From an uncultured Chloroflexota bacterium (GTDB lineage: Bacteria > Chloroflexota > Dehalococcoidia > UBA2979): a stretch of DNA of 64,000 nt. The notes below the pieces were generated by a model. The model did no database searches. It worked only from the letters and a program-made list of their open reading frames with translations, and had not been told where the DNA came from. The position numbers were made by a program, and so were the translations under genes. The stretch spans positions 6,754 to 70,753 of the forward strand of contig CAJXBM010000001.1 in NCBI GenBank assembly GCA_913051185.1. The letters are read 5' to 3'. Every line of letters begins with the position of its first letter. Within the stretch, counting starts at the first letter, position 1. Positions 57,820 to 64,000 of the stretch are shown here, in pieces.

Positions 57820-58632
57820 CTATCTGGCTTTGTAGATAGGCGCCCGTTTTTCAGCAAACGCCTTTGGTCCCTCTTTTGCATCTTCAGTGTTTCTCACGTG
57901 CCTAGAAAGTAGTGATTCGATACGAAGACCCTCTGAAAGACTAAGTGACTGACTTCTCACTGCGGCTTCTTTAATTGCCCTAGAGGTTAGGGGGGCCACT
58001 TCACTTGTGAGTCTTTCAGCGATGGCTTGAGCTTCACTGAGCACATCTTCAGATTCAACGACTCGGTTGATTAGCCCGTATTGGAGCGCTTGTTGAGCCG
58101 TTAATTTGTCGCCAAGGAGAAGAACTTCCATCGCAATTGCCCACGGAAGTTGCCTCGGAAGTCTCTGGGTGGCACCCAGAGTGGGTACAATACCTCGCTG
58201 CACTTCTGGTAGTCCAAACAGTGAGTCCTCTGCGGCAATGCGGATATCACAGGCAGAGAGAAGTGTCATGCCAGCTCCAAGGCAATAACCTCGAACGGCC
58301 GCGATTATTGGCTTCCATAGCTCCAGACCATTATCAATTTGAAGTAAGCCTTGGCTTTGAAAAGGATCACTTTGATGACCTTGCGGGATGGTTTTTTTTA
58401 AGTCTGCCCCAGCACAGAATGACTGTTCACCTGCGCCAGTTATTATGGCCACCCAAATATCATCATTCTCACGGACTTCCAGCCAGATTTCCGCCAGTCG
58501 TTCGAGTGTGTCTGGATCGAGGGCGTTCATTGCCTCTGGACGGTTAATTGTGATTGTGGCGATATGTTTATTTATCTTTATAGTTGCGGTTGAATCGACA
58601 ATCGATTGATTCGTCATAATTAGCTCCTTCAT
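57820..58632 (-). CDS. enoyl-CoA hydratase/isomerase family protein
   Basis: 270 aa with ITINRPEAMNAL, ITGAGEQSFCAGADL and GYCLGAG. Confidence 0.8.
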   Translation of the reverse strand: MKELIMTNQSIVDSTATIKINKHIATITINRPEAMNALDPDTLERLAEIWLEVRENDDIWVAIITGAGEQSFCAGADLKKTIPQGHQSDPFQSQGLLQIDNGLELWKPIIAAVRGYCLGAGMTLLSACDIRIAAEDSLFGLPEVQRGIVPTLGATQRLPRQLPWAIAMEVLLLGDKLTAQQALQYGLINRVVESEDVLSEAQAIAERLTSEVAPLTSRAIKEAAVRSQSLSLSEGLRIESLLSRHVRNTEDAKEGPKAFAEKRAPIYKAR

Positions 58633-58686
58633 GAAATCTCGCTTAGGAGTTACTATTATGTGTGAAAATTAGATGGAAGGTGTTAT

Positions 58687-59559
58687 ATGCCCGTAGATTC
58701 CTATAGATATTTACCACGTTCGTTTCGGGAAGGATTTGAAGCTTTCCCGATCCAGGAAACTGAGCCTGTCAGAGCCGATCTCGCCGTGGCCATTACTGAT
58801 GCAAAAATAGCTTTGATGACCTCGTCAGGTCTTTATCTAGAGAATCAAGAGCCATTTGACCTGGACACGGAATTAGACAATCCCTTGTGGGGTGATCCAA
58901 CGTATCGAGAGATCCCAAGGCAAACAAAGCAGCAGGAAATTTCGGCAGCTCATCTGCACCTAAACACAAGAGATTACTACGTGGACTTCAACGTTGCGTT
59001 GCCTCTTGATAGATTTGCCGAGTTGGAATCCGAAAAGCGCTTTGGGAGCCTTGCAGACACAAATTACTCCTTTATGGGTTATCAACAAGACGGGACACCT
59101 GATTGGAGACGAGATCAAGGTCCAGAACTTATTGGCAAGTTGAAAGAGCAAGGTGTTCATGCCCTAATCCTTGCACCCGCCTGACCAGATTGTTGTAAGA
59201 ACGTGCCCGTGCTGGCGCGTTTGGTTGAAGAGGCTGGCATACCAACCGTAGTAGTGACGATGATGCCGGATACTGCGGCAAAATACGAACTTCCACGAAT
59301 ATTGGGAGTCCCATTTCCGTTTGGACATGCGTTCGGTGCGCCTAATGATGTTGCGATGCAACGAGAAGTGTCACAGGCAGCAATTGATCTTTTGGCGGAC
59401 CAATCGGCTGTCAAAGTCAGAAGAGATCTCGATCACCTTGTGTGGCCACAAGACGATCGAACCGCTTATAAGGATTGGCAACCTTCGGAACCCAGCCCGA
59501 TTGTTAGCTACAACGCTAATAGGCGTGATCGGCTCGAAGAAAAGAAACAGGTTCAGTGA
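58687..59559 (+). CDS. PrdB/GrdB-family selenoprotein (glycine/sarcosine/betaine/D-proline reductase protein B-like), Sec encoded by in-frame TGA at 59182-59184
   Basis: Track ORFs 58687-59184 and 59203-59559 are in the same frame, separated only by TGA. The read-through product ...GVHALILAPA-U-PDCCKNVPVLARLVEEAGIPTVVV matches the PrdB Sec region as I recall it (GVDAVILTAG-U-GTCHRSAVIVQRAIEEAGIPTIII), including a UxxC motif. A GGAAGG RBS sits 6 nt upstream of the ATG. Confidence 0.7.
59200..59221 (+). other. candidate bacterial SECIS-like hairpin (8-bp stem incl. one G-U, 6-nt loop) starting 16 nt after the UGA
   Basis: aacgtgcc-cgtgct-ggcgcgtt, paired by hand. Confidence 0.4.
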
Positions 59560-60569
59560 CTGAAAATTTTTTGATTTCAGAAGTAATCTATGCGACTCAT
59601 AAAGATCGACTCGATCAGGTGGCGACTGAATATCAAAGAGTGAATAGTGAGCCGCTTGAGTATTTGTTATTACCGGCAAATGGTGATCGTCTTCCTGCAG
59701 AGGTCTTGGATACGATAGTTGCTGCATATTTTTCCAGTGATATCCGCGAACAGGAATTGGCACGTCCGTTTTTTGGATCCATTCGTCGCGCCCAAAATCT
59801 GAGATGGTTGCACGTGGCTCATGCAGGCACCGATGATCCAGTGTTTCAGGAATTATTTGATAGAGGGGTAGATATTTCTAACTCGTCAGGCTCTGCTGCA
59901 GAACCAATTGCATTGACGGCGTTTGCGGCTCTTCTTTCTTTGGCTCGAGATCTTCCCCGATTTGCTGCCGCGCAAAAAGAACATCGTTGGTCTCCACGAT
60001 CTGTCGCAGATATGCCGGCTGAGCTTAGAGGTCAAACAGTGATGATATATGGATTCGGAGCGATCGCTGAAGAATTTGCACGCTTGGCGATATCGGTTGG
60101 GATGAAGGTTCTGGGTGTACGTAGGAGTTATCCAGGGGCATCGTCTGCTGGCTTATTGAATCAATGGATCAGGCCCGAAAAGTTTAGAGATTTTTTGCAT
60201 GACGTAGATTGTCTAGTAATTACTGCTCCCTTGACTCGGGAGACGACGGGACTCGTTAGCGCGGAAGTAATGTCTATGCTTCCCAGAGGAGCGCGAATCA
60301 TTAATGTGGCTCGCGGACTAATGCTTGATGAAAGTGCCCTAATTGAGAATCTCGAGTCGGGACATATTGGTGGTGCCTATCTCGACGTCACTGAGGAAGA
60401 ACCACTACCCTCGGAGTCACCACTATGGGATGCACCGAATCTGATTCTCACGCCTCATGACTCATCTCAATCTCTTGGAAATGCGGCCCGTGCAGATGAG
60501 TACTTTTTACAGGAGTGTGACCGGTGGCTGCGTAACTGGCCGCTTCTTAAGGGAGTTACTGACAGATAA
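59556..60569 (+). CDS. D-isomer-specific 2-hydroxyacid dehydrogenase family protein
   Basis: GTG start overlapping the selenoprotein stop, suggesting translational coupling. It has an NAD-binding GFGAIAEEFARLA region and ARGLMLDESAL...YLDVTEEEP...TPHDSS. Confidence 0.8.
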   Translation: MTENFLISEVIYATHKDRLDQVATEYQRVNSEPLEYLLLPANGDRLPAEVLDTIVAAYFSSDIREQELARPFFGSIRRAQNLRWLHVAHAGTDDPVFQELFDRGVDISNSSGSAAEPIALTAFAALLSLARDLPRFAAAQKEHRWSPRSVADMPAELRGQTVMIYGFGAIAEEFARLAISVGMKVLGVRRSYPGASSAGLLNQWIRPEKFRDFLHDVDCLVITAPLTRETTGLVSAEVMSMLPRGARIINVARGLMLDESALIENLESGHIGGAYLDVTEEEPLPSESPLWDAPNLILTPHDSSQSLGNAARADEYFLQECDRWLRNWPLLKGVTDR

Positions 60570-60617
60570 TGATTAAATAAAAATGACAGTCAATCGGGAG
60601 TAGGTTAGTATTTCGGC

Positions 60618-61889
60618 ATGCCTGATGAACTTGAAAATAAAGTCGGCCCACTAGATGGAATCTCCGTTCTTGAGATCGGTGACTGGGGTGAGATTGTCGG
60701 TAAATTACTGGCTGATGCCGGAGCGGACGTAATTCGAATTGAAACACCAGTTAAAGGTGCCGCATCACGTCATTTTGGTCCATTTGTGGCAGATCAATCG
60801 GGTGTCAATCGCTCGCTTGCTTTTGCCGCGAGAAATACTAGCAAACGCTCTCTGACTCTTGACTTGAACCATGCACGTGGACGACAGATGTTCACCGACT
60901 TAACCGAAAGTGTAGATATCGTTATAGATAGCAGTGGAATAGACATACTAAATTCTTTGAATTGCGGCTACAGTCAGTTGCAGGATTTACGCCCAGACCT
61001 GATTTGGTGTTCCGTCACGCCATTTGGGCTCACTGGACCTCGTAAGGATTGGCCATGGTCAGACCTAGTTTCTATGGCGCTTGGTGGACCAATGATGAGT
61101 ACTGGTTACGATGACCACTCAATTACTCCGATACGTCCAGATGGCCTACATTCGATGAATATTAGTAATGAATATGCGATGACTGCCGTTTTATCAGCTC
61201 TTTGGTTAAGAGATAAATCCTCCTCTGGTGGCCAATTATTGGACGTGTCCGTTCATGAATCGGTATCTGCCACGACAGAAGGATCGTTCCCGAATTGGGA
61301 GTTCTTAGGACAGTTGGTTCAACGTCAGACCGGACGGCATGCAGCGGTTGAACGCATGGGGGAGTGGCAGCATTTGACCACTGACGATAAATATATTTTG
61401 TTAATGGGTGGCGGTGTCCCCCGTGATAGTAAAATTTATAACAAACTTCTCGAGTGGATGGACGAACACGACGCAAGTGGAGACATGCACGATCCTCTCT
61501 ACCAAGAAGTCCTTTTCAAAGACCCACGACTTGATCCGAATGCACGAACAAGAATTACGGATACTATCGCATCATTTGTGAAATCTTTGACGGCTGAAGA
61601 GTCATATCGTGGTGGTCAGGCGATACACATGCCTTGGGGCGAAGTTCGCAGACCTGAGGAAAATCTAGATGATCCACACTGGGACGAGCGGGATTTTTGG
61701 TGGGAAGGTGAAATGCCTGAGCATGAAGGTACTGTGAAGTACCCAGGAGCTCCGTATAAATTCAGCAAGTCACCGATCCGTATGTGGCGACGACCACCTC
61801 TGCTAGGAGAGCACAACATAGAAATTTTGGTAGAGATGGGTTTTTCGAAAGACGATTTGGTCGATTTGGCTCGTGACGGCATCATATAG
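60618..61889 (+). CDS. CoA-transferase family III (CaiB/BaiF/HadA/FldA-like)
   Basis: 423 aa. The N-terminus ISVLEIGDWGEIVGKLLADAGADVIRIETP is typical of family III. Confidence 0.85.
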   Translation: MPDELENKVGPLDGISVLEIGDWGEIVGKLLADAGADVIRIETPVKGAASRHFGPFVADQSGVNRSLAFAARNTSKRSLTLDLNHARGRQMFTDLTESVDIVIDSSGIDILNSLNCGYSQLQDLRPDLIWCSVTPFGLTGPRKDWPWSDLVSMALGGPMMSTGYDDHSITPIRPDGLHSMNISNEYAMTAVLSALWLRDKSSSGGQLLDVSVHESVSATTEGSFPNWEFLGQLVQRQTGRHAAVERMGEWQHLTTDDKYILLMGGGVPRDSKIYNKLLEWMDEHDASGDMHDPLYQEVLFKDPRLDPNARTRITDTIASFVKSLTAEESYRGGQAIHMPWGEVRRPEENLDDPHWDERDFWWEGEMPEHEGTVKYPGAPYKFSKSPIRMWRRPPLLGEHNIEILVEMGFSKDDLVDLARDGII

Positions 61890-61917
61890 AGAACTCTATA
61901 CCGAAAGATTTTTTTCA
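61886..61917 (+). terminator. weak candidate terminator: hairpin TATAGAG-AAC-CTCTATA followed 8 nt later by T7 run
   Basis: Sequence atatagagaactctataccgaaagattttttt overlaps the CoA-transferase stop. Confidence 0.3.
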
Positions 61918-61923
61918 AATACG

Positions 61924-61952
61924 TTGACGGTATATAGCTTAATTGGTAATAC
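61924..61952 (+). promoter_or_regulatory. candidate sigma70-like promoter for tRNA genes: TTGACG -17 nt- TAATAC
   Basis: The -35 box is at 61924-61929 and the -10-like box at 61947-61952, about 35 nt upstream of tRNA-Leu. Confidence 0.35.
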
Positions 61953-61985
61953 TAGGTATCATGTTAGTTTCGTCGAATGAAGCTG

Positions 61986-62073
61986 ATTATGTAATGCCGA
62001 AGTGGCGGAATTGGCAGACGCGCTACGTTCAGGTCGTAGTGAGCTTATAGCTTGTGTGAGTTCGAGTCTCACC
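61986..62073 (+). tRNA. tRNA-Leu (anticodon CAG), class II with long variable arm, CCA encoded
   Basis: Folded by hand. Acceptor GCCGAAG/CTTCGGC, D arm GCGG..., anticodon stem CTACG/CGTAG with loop TTCAGGT, T arm GTGAG-TTCGAGT-CTCAC. Close to E. coli tRNA-Leu(CAG). Confidence 0.85.
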
Positions 62074-62137
62074 TTCGGCACCAAATTTTTGCCAAGAGGC
62101 GCAAACCCCTGAACACGAGTATCATCAATAGCTATGC

Positions 62138-62214
62138 GCGCTCGTAGCTCAGGGGATTAGAGCGCTGCCCTGCGGAGGCAGAGGTCGGAGGTTCGAATCC
62201 TCCCGGGCGCACCA
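62138..62214 (+). tRNA. tRNA-Arg; anticodon loop reads CTGCGGA, i.e. anticodon GCG by hand folding (E. coli homolog has ACG); CCA encoded
   Basis: Acceptor GCGCTCG/CGGGCGC (one G-U), D arm TAGCTCAGGGGATTAGAGC, anticodon stem CTGCC/GGCAG, T arm GGAGG-TTCGAAT-CCTCC. The last 30 nt are nearly identical to E. coli tRNA-Arg(ACG). Confidence 0.8.
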
Positions 62215-62418
62215 TACATACCTAAACCCTATATATTGCAAGAGATTAGCCTCTGTTATAACTCCGGGGAATAGACAGCTATTCAAAATAGGGGCAATTG
62301 ATATAAAACCCATATTTTATAGAGTATTGCAGGGTTCAAAACCGACTAAGACAAATTGACCCATCATTGGTCCACCAGTGGCGGGTCACCTGATTAAACA
62401 CGAACGTAGGATGTGAAG

Positions 62419-62441
62419 AGAGCCCCAGTTCGAGGGGCTCT
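62419..62441 (+). other. perfect 8-bp hairpin AGAGCCCC-AGTTCGA-GGGGCTCT with T-loop-like GTTCGA loop in the non-coding region downstream of the tRNAs
   Basis: Seen directly. No U-tract follows, so it is not a canonical terminator. Confidence 0.4.
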
Positions 62442-62576
62442 GAATGCTGAATTCACGGCTTCAAGATCTATGCTAGTGATTAATTATCAACATCTGCAGG
62501 GCAGGGGAAAGTCAGCGTCGCACGTCTGCGGATGTATGAGTGATATCCTCCTTCCAAAGTGCGAAGGATCCATACC

Positions 62577-64000
62577 ATGACTGTCACCGATATCGATATT
62601 CATTCACGTGATTTGTATTGCGATGGCAAGAAATTTGGCGATGAGCTAACGTACGAGCGCATTGATGGGGTCGTAAAGTATGCGGTCGATCCAGAGGACC
62701 CTGCTAATGCAACTATTACCGATTTAGAGAATGCGACACGCGACACTGATGGTCTGGTTCGGTTCAGTGGTGATTTCACCATCCTTGCCCCTCTCGAAGG
62801 CGGAAATGGTGCCGCGTTACTTGACGTGCCAAATCGCGGCGGCCGCGTGGCACCCCGACTGTTCAATCTGGCGCCATTTCCAGAAGATTCAAATGTGATC
62901 GAAGCGGGTGATGGGTATTTATTGCGAGGTGGGTGGACGGTCGCTTTTTGTGGTTGGCAGTGGGATGTGCCCCGTGAGTCAGGCCGCATGGGCCTTTCAG
63001 CCCCTCTCGTCACGGAACCAGATGGTGGACGCATGCAGTTGCGATTTCAGATTCCATCGAATCAAGATGAGCTATTGCTGACGGATCAGCATGTAGGGCT
63101 AGGGCCAAACCATGTGACGATCCCTCCAGCGATCCTGAACGATCCGAGCGCTCAGCTCCTAGTGCGCGATACACCCTATGGTGCAGCTACCTTGGTGCCG
63201 CGTGATCAATGGACGCTCAAAGAAGACCGTGTACGTGCCGCTAAAGGGTTTCAATCTGGCAAGATATACGACCTTCTATACATTCCGGGTCAATGTCCCG
63301 TCGTCGGCACTGGTCTAATTGCGATGCGAGATTTCGCCGTTTGGTTAAAAGGATCGACAAGCCCGGTCAGTCCAGTGAAGCATGTAATTGGCGAGGGCCT
63401 GTCGCAGTGTGGTCGTTTTTTACGTACCTTTTTGTACAACGGACTCAACGTGGATGAGGAAGAAAAACAGGCGTTCGATGGACTGTTAGTGCATGTCGCT
63501 GGCGGGCGGCGTGGAGAATTCAATCATCGTTATGCACAGCCTTCTGTACAACCGACACCGAGCTTTGGTCATTTGTTCCCGCACGCAGACGACTCACAAA
63601 CCGATCCGACTGGCACTACTGCCGGTCTTTTAGATGCGCAACGTGCGCGGGGCGGTGTACCAAAGATTTTCTATACAGACACCTCGGCTGAATACTGGCG
63701 TGGGGATGCTGGTCTCACTCATGTTGATTTGCAGACTGAGGCAGACGTGCCATTACCAGATAACGTGCGGCGGTATCTCTTTGCATCGACCCAGCATTCA
63801 GCGGGAACGTTGCCACTGAATACTGAGAGTAAGTATGGTCCCACTGGCAATGGGTTGAATATTATTGACTATCGACCACTCATTCGGGCGGCGTTGAGTA
63901 ATCTGCTCGCATGGGTCAAAGATGACCTAGAACCGCCAGCTAGTAGCTATCCACGGCTATCTGATGGGACAGCCGTTACACGCTCTGAGCTGTTGGGGTC
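62577..64000 (+). CDS. hypothetical protein, N-terminal 474 aa (ORF runs off the window end)
   Basis: Hand translation from ATG 62577 (MTVTDIDIHSRDLYCDGKKFGDELTYERIDGVVKY...) gives an open frame with no stop to position 64000. A GAAGGA SD-like element 8 nt upstream is partly sequestered in a hairpin. No confidently recognised domain. Confidence 0.5.
   Translation, partial: MTVTDIDIHSRDLYCDGKKFGDELTYERIDGVVKYAVDPEDPANATITDLENATRDTDGLVRFSGDFTILAPLEGGNGAALLDVPNRGGRVAPRLFNLAPFPEDSNVIEAGDGYLLRGGWTVAFCGWQWDVPRESGRMGLSAPLVTEPDGGRMQLRFQIPSNQDELLLTDQHVGLGPNHVTIPPAILNDPSAQLLVRDTPYGAATLVPRDQWTLKEDRVRAAKGFQSGKIYDLLYIPGQCPVVGTGLIAMRDFAVWLKGSTSPVSPVKHVIGEGLSQCGRFLRTFLYNGLNVDEEEKQAFDGLLVHVAGGRRGEFNHRYAQPSVQPTPSFGHLFPHADDSQTDPTGTTAGLLDAQRARGGVPKIFYTDTSAEYWRGDAGLTHVDLQTEADVPLPDNVRRYLFASTQHSAGTLPLNTESKYGPTGNGLNIIDYRPLIRAALSNLLAWVKDDLEPPASSYPRLSDGTAVTRSELLG

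Noticed and set aside
62215-62576. RNase P RNA or tmRNA downstream of the tRNAs
   Set aside because: The region is AT-rich and lacks the conserved P4 GGAAAGUCCGG-type block of RNase P RNA. It also lacks the tRNA-like acceptor/CCA end and tag reading frame expected of tmRNA. Only isolated hairpins were seen.
1-64000. CRISPR arrays, rRNA genes, IS elements/transposases, prophage genes
   Set aside because: No spaced direct-repeat array, no rRNA-like conserved blocks, and no transposase or integrase-like ORFs were found on either strand. The only tandem repeats are the coding ones at 3823-3918.

Overview
The window is a 64 kb chromosomal segment (about 45-48% GC by eye) from an aerobic, heterotrophic bacterium. 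The gene content suggests a marine Chloroflexota (SAR202-like) or similar lineage: many crotonases, family III CoA-transferases, MFS and Dpp/Opp ABC importers, an LLM oxidoreductase, a Baeyer-Villiger monooxygenase and a caa3-type oxidase. Coding density is high and both strands are used.

Main blocks, in order:
- 1-3.5 kb: acyl-CoA module (PccB N-terminus, ICL/PEPM-family lyase, crotonase, CaiB-like CoA-transferase).
- 3.6-7.7 kb: peptide-type ABC importer (SBP, permease, permease).
- 8-14.5 kb: two inverted DHA2-like MFS paralogs bracketing another MFS, a PdxA-family dehydrogenase and a muconolactone-isomerase-like gene.
- 18.7-26.3 kb: second Dpp-like ABC operon (SBP, B, C, fused D/F ATPase, CX5R phosphatase, extra C permease).
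- 27.8-29.2 kb: greA and rsmG.
- 31.3-38.0 kb: ccmG-E-F-H-A-B-C-D-ctaB cluster on the minus strand.
- 38.2-43.2 kb: divergent caa3-type cytochrome c oxidase operon (subunits II with a cytochrome c domain, I, III, IV, plus CtaG).
- 43.3-51.2 kb: nadE, a divergent folP, a DegT-like gene lacking the PLP lysine, a short ROK-like gene, a BVMO, an LLM oxidoreductase and a GNAT.
- 52.6-57.8 kb: Fec-type iron-chelate ABC operon plus a MATE-like transporter and a DUF3445-like gene.
- 57.8-61.9 kb: crotonase divergent from an operon encoding a PrdB/GrdB-family selenoprotein (in-frame TGA), a D-2-hydroxyacid dehydrogenase and a CaiB-like CoA-transferase.
- 62.0-62.2 kb: tRNA-Leu(CAG) and tRNA-Arg.
- 62.6 kb to the end: a partial ORF.

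The most interesting item is the stand-alone PrdB/GrdB-like selenoprotein operon in an otherwise aerobic genome. The ORF track admits GTG and TTG starts, so several starts were re-chosen using RBS placement. No CRISPR array, rRNA or transposase was seen.
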